DNA of 64,000 nucleotides. Source: Haliotis rubra. Lineage: Eukaryota. Positions 52,901-64,000 of the stretch are shown here, piece after piece; positions within the stretch are counted from its first letter, which is position 1; each line of letters starts with the position of its first letter. A program made the position numbers and the translations under genes. The stretch lies in assembly GCF_003918875.1 (NCBI RefSeq), contig NW_025764926.1, positions 434,001-498,000 on the forward strand, read 5' to 3'. The notes under the pieces are model-generated. The model saw nothing but the letters and a program-made list of their open reading frames with translations, was not told where the DNA came from and searched no databases.

Positions 52901-53339
52901 TTGGATGACCAGTATTGGGTATATTTGTTTCAGGGCCTGTATGCCAGACTACCCGAGGTGATGCACGTGTTGTACAGTGGTGAAACACGCAAGCACGGGT
53001 ATCGTGCTGACAAACTAAAATCTTGGTCGACTCCCTGATCACAGGTTCCTGTCAAGCCTAAGGGACGCAACTCGTAGGCGACAGTGCTAATGATGCCCCT
53101 AACATACAGCAAAGGAGACTATGTACATAATACCACTGAAAAATGTTAAGACATACTTGTTAGAAAACACAGGTACGCAAGTTGCTGAGTTCTTGCACAT
53201 TAAAGGGAGCAGAATAGAATGAATAATAAAACATCTCACCTGAGCTGGACCGTTTGGACAACCAGTACAGTGCTCCGCTGCCGATTCCTCCACAACCAAT
53301 GACAATATACTCAAAGTACTGTCGCTTTGTCGCAGCCAT
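43986..53339 (-). CDS. Monomeric sarcosine oxidase / pipecolate oxidase-like flavoprotein, copy A, 9 exons, 404 aa, PTS1 (AKL)
   Basis: Exons 53240-53339, 51913-51979, 49715-49771, 48836-48967, 48471-48684, 47625-47791, 46564-46750, 45447-45580 and 43986-44142 total 1215 nt, all GT-AG and phase-compatible. Motifs IVIGCGGIGSG (FAD), GLEQFSLGHERGGSQDVSRIIR, KTCLYTIPPDRDF (flavinylation Cys), GAGHAYKFASLLG; ends EAKL*. Confidence 0.93.
46943..47110 (-). mobile_element. SINE family A (tRNA-derived, about 165 bp)
   Basis: GGGGCGGTGGGGTAGTCTAGTGGTTAAAGCG...GGTTCGAATCCC...ATATTGC...GGCGTAAAAC. Other copies at about 14903-14990, 21454-21614, 24153-24315, 45748-45870, 47962-48108, 51270-51435, 58277-58430, 61369-61535 and 63813-63980. 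Confidence 0.9.
48275..48480. repeat. 34-bp tandem repeat spanning the exon 5 splice donor of oxidase copy A
   Basis: Unit AATGACGTTGATGCTGGTGATGTAAAGTACGTAC with starts at 48437, 48403, 48369, 48335 and 48310. Degenerate copies at 59560-59720 in copy B. Confidence 0.9.
49142..49261. mobile_element. Short Tc1-type MITE
   Basis: TA-flanked imperfect inverted ends TACTCACCAAGAAATAAAG / CTTTACTTTTTGCGTTCAGTA. Confidence 0.5.
49371..49600 (+). mobile_element. SINE family B (about 235 bp)
   Basis: ACCCGTGAAGATCCGGG...GCGACTAACGGGATCGGGTGG...GCTGGAATATTGCTGAGTGTGGCGTTAAAC(AAAC)n. Other copies at 54450-54673, 56180-56374 and 62380-62627 (minus strand). Confidence 0.85.
50137..51000. repeat. 67-bp minisatellite, about 12 copies, in intron 2 of oxidase copy A
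   Basis: Unit CAGTGTACGTTTGTCATGTAATCTTTCTTGTAACCATAGTGACTGGTCTAGCATATTCTCAAACAAA. Degenerate units at 51570-51840 and 61550-61810. Confidence 0.95.
52008..52317. mobile_element. hAT-type MITE
   Basis: TAGGGGTGAAACGGTA / TACCGTTTCACCCCA ends; 8-bp TSD CCTTAATA at 52000-52007 and 52318-52325. Absent from the paralogous intron near 62000. Confidence 0.88.
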
Positions 53340-53839
53340 TGTGCAATCTGTGTCTAGGAGAGAGGTGGAGAAGACCCTGCAGGCGCGGTGCTCGTGATCG
53401 ACCTAACAACTGCTGTTTGTACTGCGGTGAGTCTACATGACTCGTCTTATCTACCAAACACGTGTTAACTGCTCCAATTGCCACAACTGAAGGTGTGTGA
53501 CTATCCATGCAATATAACCATAATACAGTAGAACGTGAAGTCCTTGGTAATATTTAATGACGTCAGTGGAATAAATTATCTTTAATTCTGCTGATGTGTT
53601 GATCCATGAATATGCATGCTGTGTGGCACCCTGGCATCGGTCACAGGTATCTAACCTATATACCTGGAGTTTTTCAGGATATGTATTAACACAAAATATA
53701 ATTTGACATGCGTTTGTTGTAAATTCTGAATTTGTTTTTCAAGTTCTTTGACGTGTGTGAGTTTCACGTTGTACTGATAATAATAAACTAATAAACTGAT
53801 AATTATGTGTAGTTATATTGCGCTACCTTCCACACACAA

Positions 53840-54170
53840 GGTGTATGCGCAAAGCGCTAACTTTATTACAGCCTGCACTTCAACCCAAGCTGATTGTCAG
53901 GCGCTAGAAGATTAACAGACCATCATATCCCACCGGGTACCCATTTACTGCTGAGTGAACAGAGGCATATTATCAACAATGTCACTTGCCTTCGGTGAGA
54001 CCACATGCGTTACACGTTCTTAGGCTGGACCGAAGTCCTAGAAACTCTCAGGATTCAGCAAGCTGCCAAACATGGTCACCCATCCAAGGAGTCTCCACGA
54101 CCAACGTTGCTAAACTTCAACTGATGTTTGACCTGTGATCTTTGAACAGGGACACGCACCACATAATTCT
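53840..54170 (-). mobile_element. 5S rRNA-derived SINE (SINE3-type), degenerate
   Basis: Minus strand GAAGTTTAGCAACGTTGG...CTTGGATGGGTGACC resembles the 5S internal control region. It is followed by a conserved-domain-like TGCCTCTGTTCACTCAGCAGTAAATGGGTACC. Confidence 0.6.
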
Positions 54171-55847
54171 GCTGAACATGCTACCCCGGTAAAATATATG
54201 CTTGACGCCAAGACATTTGGCATGAATCTGTGTATTTTGTGTCTGGTAAATTGTTGTCTTCCATTTTCTTGACTGTGCTCAATACCAAACATAGTTATAC
54301 CTCGCGAATGGATATCGAGGTTACTGGAATGGAGAATCCACATTAAAAATTAGATTCCCTTGTCGCGAACTTTACTAAGAATATTGACATGTCCCTGGGG
54401 CTTGACAAATGCAATATTCTGAACCTGAAACTTGTCCTAGAGTATAAGTTGGTTGGTTTGGTTGGTTTGTTGTTTAACGCCACATTCAGCAATATTCCAG
54501 CTGTAGAGACCAGACAATACAGTGATCAACAGCATGAGCATCGATCTACGCAATTGTGATACGATGACATGTGTCAACCAAGCCGGCGAGCCTGACCACC
54601 CGATCCCGTTAGTCGCCTCTTACGACAAGCATAGGTTACTGAAGATCAATTCTAACCCGGATCTTCATGGGTCGTGAGTATAAGTATACGTACTTACATG
54701 CTAGGATGCGTGTTCGAGACGAACTCCTGAATGCCCATATAAATGCATACTTTTAGAAGAATACACTTGACAAATGGATACAATTCTTGATTGTTGTACC
54801 TACGCAATCGAGTCCAATACACAAATCCTTATGCTGTCCCTCGGCTTCACACTCTCGCACGGAGAGTCAGACAATAGATTCTTCAACAACCCTCGCTCTC
54901 TCAGTAACTTGTATTTATCAGTGTGGCAGAACGTTATGATGCACTTTTGCATACATTAATTTGTTTGATGATCCACTCATGGAGCATGTCAACACTCATG
55001 ATTAAAATGAGGTATTCCACAGTTTCTCGTATACGAACCAAGGAAATGCCAATGTTGATTTTGCTGATGGTTCAGTACTGCTGGACAGTACATACATGAG
55101 TGTCAACCAAGTGAAGTGGTGTATCAAATCACCACCGAATTGTTCTTGGTGGGTTCGACTATGCTGCGCTTCCTGGGAAAAGTGCCATTCGCTGTCTGGG
55201 CTGCGTGTAAAGAAGCCAAAGGCCCTGAGCTGTTAATGAGCATTAACAGCCCGATTGGACCACGAGTATTCATATATTCTAATCTTACGACAGCAATGAT
55301 AAAACTGAGCTATTGGATACTGATACTGAAGATAAATTGTGCCCTGATGATATCGGGACTGCCAAACATTACCGTACGACCAGTATGCGTGCCATGTTAA
55401 TATCGTGCTGAGTGTTAACTAGTCTTCACCGAATGCACCCAAGGCTGTTCAAAGCGAAAGAAGCGAATTGTTGTGAAGGTCCACAAGAATACCACTATGT
55501 ACACTGCATTGGACTATGTTTGTTTAACAACCAGCCTCCATTTAAAGATAAATGAACAATATTGGAATAATGGTGATCATCACCATGACTTTTAGTTATC
55601 TTATATTTGGGAAGTCATGTTTCAACCAGGTGAAAAATCCATATCTGCAATACAAGGGAATTCTAAGTGATATATTCATATCAAGAACAAGCGCCAAATA
55701 CATTTCCGTTGCTGAATCATCACAAATCTAAACGCCACGTGAATAACTGTATATAGAAAGGATGGCAGTTTTGTGGAATAGGGCCAAATTACATGGACAC
55801 TGACACTGTTTCTTGTGGGAGATGAACGGCAAAAAGCAGCTTCCTGT

Positions 55848-58800
55848 TCATAGCTTTGCCGGTACATCACTGCCCAAGAAAAACGTTGGTTTGAAGGTGG
55901 GGTCCTGGATGGCGTCTCTGGTGATGTTGAACTGACTGATGTCATACTGGGTACGTCCGTCAACGGCGAGTTCGCTTAGGATCTTACCAAGCAGACTTGC
56001 AAATCTGAAGAATGAAAACCCATGGAAGACACGGTTATAACCAGACGGGTGAAAGACCATGCCCCTCAGTTGAGCTTTTGCATATGTTATATTTTCAATA
56101 AACAGGGAAAATGAATTACACCTCTCGGTTGTATTCAACTGAAAATATCTTATTTGTTTGACCTTATTCTTCTTTTTGTATTGTTCAACGCCGCACTAAG
56201 CAATATTCCAGCTATATGAATGCGGTCTGTATATAATCAAGTCTGAATCAGACAATCCAGTGATTGACATCATGAGCATCGATCAACGCAATTGATCACA
56301 ACCCGATCCCGTTAGTCGCCTCCTACGACAAGAATGGGTTGCTGAACACCAATTCTAACCCGGATCTTCACGGGTATGAAAATATCTTAAGTTAGCAATG
56401 ATATATCCAAACAAAGAACTGTATGTAGTCAGCTTTGTATGAATATGTCTACGTGGTTCTACTTCTTAAAACATTAATTTAAAACTTTTAAATCTTTTAA
56501 AACCCCATAATATCTCAACACGCAATAGCTAATGGGAAATATTGCTTTCCCGTCGTAACTTTGAAAATCTATCATTGTGATTACTGTCAGCACGAATTTG
56601 CAACATTTGAAACATAGTGGTGAGTCCCGTTTTCTGTGATATTTGTTAAATTGTCTCCAATCTAAAGTCACATTCAAAGTCAAAGTCAAAGTCCATGGCA
56701 TTTGTTACAAATCATACAGAACAGGTCTTACGCACAGAATGTGCCTGAATATAATCCTAAAATCTGTCACTACCCCCGAAGGAAATGCATTCCAAGGTGT
56801 GCTCACTTGTACGCATGTCCAGCTCCACAACAAACGATGACGTCAGACCAGCCCTTGTATGCGCATGTGTCGACCACAAAGTCTCTGTCCGGGGGCATGG
56901 TGTACAGGCAGGTTTTGGTCTGGAGGATTGGTCCCAGAAACTGCAAACACCAAATACGTATACAGAATCTTTCTCACACTATTTGTAGTTTATTTCACCT
57001 CACTGATTCAGTCGTTTTAACGACGGGGTGCTTGTACGGTGGCGTATTAAACGATCGGTTAGCAAACCTATAAACTTTGGTATTCACAATTAATTCCTCG
57101 TGAGAGGCGACCGTTGTGTCCTTATTGAGGCAGATGTCTTTAACGGCAATTGTATTAGAAACACTATTCATATTCATTTCTTATGTATTAATAATGCACC
57201 TTTCCTCGGAGGTCAGACAAAATTACTGTATACGACACATATGGTGACGTTTTACCCCGAATGTCTGCACGTCAGTCGTAAATGTCACTGTAATCTCTGA
57301 ACGAACCTAACCAGAATAAGGATTTGCGGACGGCGGTAATATGACGTGGTACTCGTTTAGGTCTGTCTCTTTTTGAATTCGTTTATGCGCAATGCCGACT
57401 GCAAACCCTAACCCTGGTTCATTACAGATTTTGCAGTTCTGTTGTAGATACTACTAGCACCTTGTGAAAAGGACCCAAGAATGTAAACTATTTTGGCTGT
57501 TTCAGAAATCCCATATATACCTTGGGACAAATCTCCTGCAGGAGCTCTGCACAGATCCGCTCTCGAACAGGATCCGGCTCAAAGGTCCTCGTGTCCGCGG
57601 TTACCACGTTGCCTTGAGCATCGACCCCGATCTTCGATCCCGTGTTGCCGTGGATGGGAAGGGCGTAGATGTTGTAACGGGGGCAGTGAAAAATCCAAAT
57701 GGGGAACCTACCACAGAACAGTTTTATGTGTTTCAGTTTGTAGTCAGCGATGTCGACTTAATTGACTGTGTCAATCTTTACTATGTGTGTGTATGTGTGG
57801 TTGTTTGTACTAGGCCCAGACTTAAGCTGGTTTTATGGTGCAAGCTCATTCTGATACCATGCCGCAGTGAAGCATGAATACCCCACTCAGACACATTATA
57901 CTGACTCCGAGCCGACCAGTCCTTGTTGTACCCATTGATGCCGAGCGCCAGGCAGGGACCAACAAGTACCATATTTAAACGTCTTTTGGTATGACGCGGC
58001 CGGGCATCGAAGCCGCGCCCTTCCCCTCACCGGGCGGACGCTTAAAGAAAAGTCCCTTGAATGATTCTGACTAAATCACAACTCTCTCAGTTCTAAAAAG
58101 ACCTGTTTGTGAAAAGGCGAGTGTGTCCTGCACTCGTTCATTTTCTGACATTCGCAAAAATTCAAACAATTACTTGAAAATCAACCTGGCCTTAATTCCA
58201 TTTGTCTCAATAAACCTACTGTGGATATACAGAAATGTCACTGCTATCCTTTGTGCATGTGGTCTTTAGGATATAGTGAGTGAGTTGAGTTTTACGCCGC
58301 TTTTACCAATATTCTAGCAATATCACGGCGGGGGACACCAGAAATGGGCTTCACCCATGTGGGGAATCGAACCTGGATCTTCGGCGTGACGAGCGAACGC
58401 TTTAACCACTAGGCTACTCCAGCGTCCCTCTTTAAGGGTTAAAAGTAACATATGTACATGGTATGTGTATAACCTTGGTTGGTGGCATGCACTCATCAGT
58501 GATAATATTAAGGAACACCATCGACATTCATTAAAACGAACGTGACGTTTCAGTGTTACAGGTGTACTGCAGTGAGTTAATGTATGTAATGCATGTATGG
58601 TGTACAGCATCGTGGAATGAAAAAATGTAAAAATATGTGTGAGTTTGGAGTGAATTTAAAATAGCGGTGGCCAAATAACACACAGCTTTTTATTCTGCCA
58701 TCTGAGCCATGGATGATGAACGTAGTGAAGGAAACGTATTTGGAAACATTAGAAACATCTTTAAGAAGCATTGAAGAACTGTTGTGTTCCACAAGACTTG

Positions 58801-61800
58801 ACTTCAATCTCAGGCCCTTTTGTCCCACACCTACCTTCCACTCTGGGTTTAGATAATCTCGAAATGTACTACACATTGACTCCCGACGATTTGATATTAT
58901 CTTCGAAATGCGAAACATAGACATGAATTAGCAGCTTACCTTTGATTGCTTTTGTGACTGCAAAAAGTTTAAATAACCCATAACAATTCATTACTTACAT
59001 CAGAAAGTCCGCAGCATCAGTTTGATTCCTTTTCAAAGAGCTGATGCTGACTGTGGTAGTAGTGAGACCATCCAGCAAGTCATGGTCAGAGTTATTTGTA
59101 CTCACTTTTCCTTGGTGAACTCCTTCATGTGCGGCGTGGCGTAGTACGTCACCTGCTCCTGTGTGACGGTGACGGGGACGTGGACGCCGATCGTCCCTAG
59201 AACCGAGTTGAGCCACCCCCCTGCCGTCACCACCACCTTCCGGCACTCGAACACGCCCTTCGTTGTGTGGACCTGACAATAGAATGCTTGATCAGCTTCA
59301 GCAAAGAATCAAGTATTTTGGGGGTTCCTCAAAGAAATGGCAAATTATATCCACCGATATATTTCAGAATGCCTGCGCTGAAATTTGTTTGGTTCGAAGT
59401 TTAAGTGTAATATATCAACAGATGCAAAGGCGTTTAAGATACGAGTGCTCACATGAAGTCGTATTGTTCAAGATAAATTGAAAAGTGCATGCAATGGTAT
59501 TGCAGCTGCGATGTTCAGTGACGTTTTAGCTCATTATGGAAATTCCATTTCAAGAATGACGTTGATATTGAGCATGTAAAGTGCGTCAAATGACGTTGGG
59601 AATGAATAGTACTACAATAAATTTGTTATTAAAGTACATGTAAAGTATATACACTGACGTTGATGCTCGGGATGTAAAGTATGTACAATGACGTTGATGC
59701 TGATGATGTAAAGTACGTACAATGACGTTGCCGTTGTTGGCCCTAGTCAGCCTGGTAGCGGGACAGTTCTCCAGGATTGTAGCCCCGTTACCCCTGGCCA
59801 GCTGAATGTGGACAGCGTTCCCCATGGCCGCGTCCACGAGGCCCGATTGTTTCTGGTACAAGGCCACGATATCGGGACCCACTGTGAACTGAGGGTAGCG
59901 GGCCATCAGCTGCTGGTTTGACAGCCTGTCGTACCTGATGAAGATATGACATGTACATATCTCCAGTTTGTACACACGGTGTGCTTTAGGTACCGCTAGA
60001 TTGCTCAAAACCGAACTAGAATCAGACATAAATTTCATGATGGCTCCTTTCAAGAAGAACTGTAGAACCGACAAAAATCCAAATTGATTTGTTTCCGTTG
60101 CTTTTGTAACCTACTTGATGTTGTTCCTGTCCAGTTCTAAAGCGTACTTCTCCATCATGGCGTCACCCTGTCCCTTCCTGGCCAGCCTCAGGCCCCCGGT
60201 CATCCATACAACCTGTAGGCCGGACTCGCGCTCTATCTGTTCCCATCTTAACAAAGAAATGTATGTACTTCATGTCAGGGGTAGCCATCAAATGCCCTTC
60301 ACCTCTTTAATCCTAAACAATACTTTAACAAATTTGCAGTAATTTGCACCTGACATTTTCTTTGACAATGGCTCACTGGTGCCTCTGTATTGTTACATAT
60401 GGTATTTTTCTTTCTATAACAAATGCTCAATAACCAAAAATACGGCTCATACATACATTGGGGATTTTTGTATCAAATAGTGTGATAGGTTTCCACCGAA
60501 AGAGTGTCTGCCCCATATTCTAAAAGAACATTGTGTTCAATGAATTTACTGTATCTGTTTTATTTGTTTAATACTTGCTTTGTGTCATCACAGACTTTTA
60601 TTTCTTGAAATGAAACTATACACCTATAGGTGTGCCTTTCGGCGACTGTTTTCAGCTCAGTTAATTATTAAAACGTTTGAAACTATTAGGACACATCCAG
60701 TTTTAAAGTGTATTTTTGATTGCCTGGCAGTTTATACAGTTTAAAGTTTCATCACGTTGGTCTTTTCTTCAACACAATGAGATGAATGACAATAGTGTTC
60801 ACAGCGACGTTGAACACACCTCACTCACTCAACACGCAATCACTTACGCCTTGAAGGTGTCGGGGATGAGCTTGGTGTAACGTTCTTCATGGTACGTCAG
60901 GCGGCTGTAATACAACAACAACATGTACACGTCATACACAGTGTGCGAAATAGCCACTGGCCGGCTAGCCCGTGGCTAGTAAAGATCCAGTCAGGCCTTT
61001 ACATCTCCGTCAGTCACTAGCCCGACTGACAGTGAATTTTCATAGGATCATTGCTGTAAATATAACATTCTGTCCGACTTTTAAATCATGTAAGATTATA
61101 GCCTGATAAAATGTTCATCATATTAACAGCTTAATGATGAAACTCGTGTCATGCCGACAATATCTTATTCTCATCTATTTTTGTAATCTTTTGCTTAGTT
61201 TCTATATTCTAATTTGGGCTAGTGAATTATTTTGTGGGCTAGTATAGCTCGCCCGACTGGCTAGTATAATGTGGAAACTATTTCGCACACTGGTCATACA
61301 TATTCACTAAAACCTTGCTGTTTAAGTGGATACTTTAGTTTTGTCATCGTATATTTATATGTGAAACTGGGGCGGTGGGGTAGCCTAGTGGTTAAAGCGT
61401 TGGCTCGTCACGCCATAGACCCGGGTTCGAATCCCCACATGGGTACAATGTGTGAACCCCATTTCTGGTGTCCCCCGCCGTGATGCTGCTGGAATATTGC
61501 TAAAAGCAGCGTAAAACCTAACTCAGTCAGTCAGTATGTGTGAAACTAGAAGCGTACACAGCTCAAGTTATGCTATCTTGTAACCACTGTTCAGCATGTT
61601 GTCAAACAAGCCGTAGACATAGGTCATAACATTTTTTCTTGGTCTGGGGTATTGTCAAACCAGCCCTGTAAATAGATCCTTACATGTTTTCATGTACCAC
61701 TGGTCTAGCAGACTGTCAATCTGTTCTGGCAGTGTACATAGTTTAAGTTATGGTTTCTTGTAACCATCCGTCTTACATATTGTCCGACTAGCAGTATATA

Positions 61801-62905
61801 CGTTTAGCATGAAGAATAAAATATCTTTTGTCTTTATTGATCACAAGCTTAGAAGTAAGACAAAACTTGTTCTGCAGGAATATATATACGTATTCCTTAT
61901 GCTTAACTTACATGATCCTTGATACATCTTGTGAGCCTCCTCGTTCATGACCGAGAGAAAACTGCTCGAGACCAAGGACTGAAATATAAATTGCAATGCT
62001 TAAATATATTAAAATGGTAAATAACTGGCTTTTTTTCTTGTTTGAGTGAAACTTTATTTTTCACTTTCCATCCCTGCCCCACTGTTTGGGAGACAATCGA
62101 GAGTATTTATAGTTTTGGTTTGACATTATAATTTGACTAGTATTAATCTGTGGTCCATTTCGTTCTTGAAAACGACGTTTAATGTATATGTGATCAGGCC
62201 TGGTGGGGATATGTTAATATAATGGGGAAATTGTTTTTTCAGCACTGTGAGTGAGAATATTGGTTGACCCCTTCGACCAATATTTCAATTATATTATGGT
62301 GTATCAGATAGTACGTGAGAAACTCGAGTTGATGTACGTCTTGAACGTGATGAAACACACGAGCAAGGGTAAGGTGCTGAGTGAGTGAGTGAGTGAGTGA
62401 GTGACTGAGTTTAGTTTTACGCCGCACTCAGCAATATTCCAGCTATATGGCGGCGGTCTGTAAATAATCGAGTCTGGACCAGACAATCCAGTAATCAACA
62501 GCATGAACATCGATCTGCGTAATTGGGAACCGATGAAATGTGTCAACCAAGTCAGCGAGCCTGACCACCCGATCCCCTTAGTCGCCTTTTACGACAAGCA
62601 TGGGTTGCTGAAGATCAATTCTACCCCGGCTCACGAGCAAGGGTAAAATGCTGACCAACTATAACCTTGGTTGACATATTGCAGGCCCAAGGGATGAAAC
62701 TCAGCACAATTGTAGACGACAGGGCCAACTTTGCACTGTATAGGGAGTAACTAAGTCCCTGCACATTAAACAGAGCAAACTTGAATGAATAATAAAACAT
62801 CTCACCTGAGCTGCACCGTTTTGACAACCAGTACAGAGCTGCGCTGCCAATGCCTCCACAACCAATGACAATGTACTCAAAATACTGCCGCTTTGAGTCG
62901 GCCAT
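55848..62905 (-). CDS. Monomeric sarcosine oxidase / pipecolate oxidase-like flavoprotein, copy B, 9 exons, 404 aa, PTS1 (AKL)
   Basis: Exons 62806-62905, 61912-61978, 60848-60904, 60115-60246, 59721-59934, 59106-59272, 57521-57707, 56807-56940 and 55848-56004 total 1215 nt, with the same exon sizes as copy A. Same FAD, Cys and GHxYK motifs; ends PAKL*. Confidence 0.93.
57783..58043 (-). mobile_element. SINE family C copy (partial)
   Basis: Homologous to 16036-16390. Confidence 0.85.
60939..61292. mobile_element. hAT-type MITE
   Basis: 15-bp TIR CAGTGTGCGAAATAG; perfect 8-bp TSD GTCATACA at 60931-60938 and 61293-61300. Confidence 0.9.
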
Positions 62906-64000
62906 TGTGTAATCAGTGTCTATGAGATAACTCAGGGGAAGAAACTCTGCAGGCACGCTGCTCGGGATCGACCTAACAGCTGCTCATTCGTACTGCGGTC
63001 TACATGCATTTGTTTTATCAACCAAACAGGTGTTAAATGCTCAAGTTACGATAACTGAAGATGTGTGACTATCCATGCCATATAACGTATAATACAGTAG
63101 AACGTGAACTTCTGCAGCTCATTCGAACTGCAGTGGCATTGGTGGAATAAATCTTTACTTGTGCTGATGTGTTAAATATATGCATGCTGTGTGGCGTGTG
63201 GAAACAGATTAGATAACCTGGCGCTTGTTACCTGACCTGACATGTACCTGCAAGTCTCTTCAACATTAATTCTTAATTTGAGTAACATATTACTTGTTAC
63301 ACCAGCAAATAAACTATATGATTAGCCCAGAGACATATTGCATGACTTTCTGTTTGTTGTCTTTATAAAGAGCTTGTCGAGTCGATTTATGATTCCCAGG
63401 GACAAATACTTATCTCGGAACCTAATTATATTAGAAGAGAAATATTTTAAAACGATTTTGTCTTCCTTTGCTTAACAAAGATGAAGGATACCATCCTGGA
63501 CTTCCTCAGTACATATCCAAGCACATTGTGCTGACCTGTTTTACATGGATCACTCCGAACTTCTTGCCAAGGAAGAATCCACAGTGACAAATCAGAATCT
63601 CCATGCCGAGTCCTTTTCCAAGAACATTGGCATGTACTTCAGACTTGATAAATTTTCCTGGCAAGTTAAAAGTAATTTATGATTAGGGATGCATGTCAGT
63701 CACAAATTCAAGAATGCTTATTTAAAGGACAAACCATGGAAAAAATACATGATTGCATATTGTTTGAGATACCTTTCTGGAATTAGCAAAGAAAATTCCT
63801 TTTCTGAAGAGCGAGTGAGTGAGTGGTTTTACGCCGCTTTTGCAATGTTACAGCAATATCAAGGCGGGGGGACACCAGAAATGGGCTTCACACATTTTTG
63901 GTACCCATGTGGGGAATTGAACCCGGGAATTCGGAGTGACAAACGAACGCTTTAACAACTAGGCTACCCCACCGCCCCCCTTTTTTGAAGGGGGAGAGTG

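Noticed and set aside
54050-54170. Possible 5S rRNA gene
   Set aside because: Only a degenerate internal control region attached to a SINE body; called as a 5S-derived SINE.
55848-62905. Oxidase or TRIM copies as uncollapsed haplotypes rather than true paralogs
   Set aside because: Introns are largely unalignable, carry different insertions, and the proteins differ at many sites, which is more than expected for alleles. Long reads would confirm.

Overview
Eukaryotic, intron-containing, repeat-rich invertebrate DNA, most likely a mollusc. A gastropod such as abalone is my guess from the SINE families and gene types; I have not verified it. All host genes lie on the minus strand. (1) A TTC22-like TPR gene with no intron in the visible CDS runs off the left edge. 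It has a 1-nt homopolymer frameshift and most of it is missing from the ORF track. (2) A tandem array of three RING/B-box/B-box/coiled-coil/NHL TRIM genes: copy 1 is a pseudogene split by a solo LTR, copy 2 is intact except for one extra G, and copy 3 is intact (642 aa). (3) Two intact tandem 9-exon sarcosine/pipecolate oxidase-like genes, 404 aa each, both ending in the PTS1 signal AKL. Mobile DNA includes a full-length Tc1 with a mutated first catalytic Asp, a degenerate Tc1, an L1/Tx1-type LINE remnant, hAT, MULE and pogo elements or MITEs (most with readable TSDs), a 7-kb element with long TIRs, five SINE families and several minisatellites. There is one assembly gap. The most interesting signal is the TRIM-NHL array: the RING exon and the late coiled-coil/linker segment are almost invariant, while the predicted ligand-binding face of the NHL propeller is highly variable. 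The paralogs are also mosaic and share an IRF/GATA/Ets-like upstream motif, which suggests a diversifying innate-immune sensor cluster.
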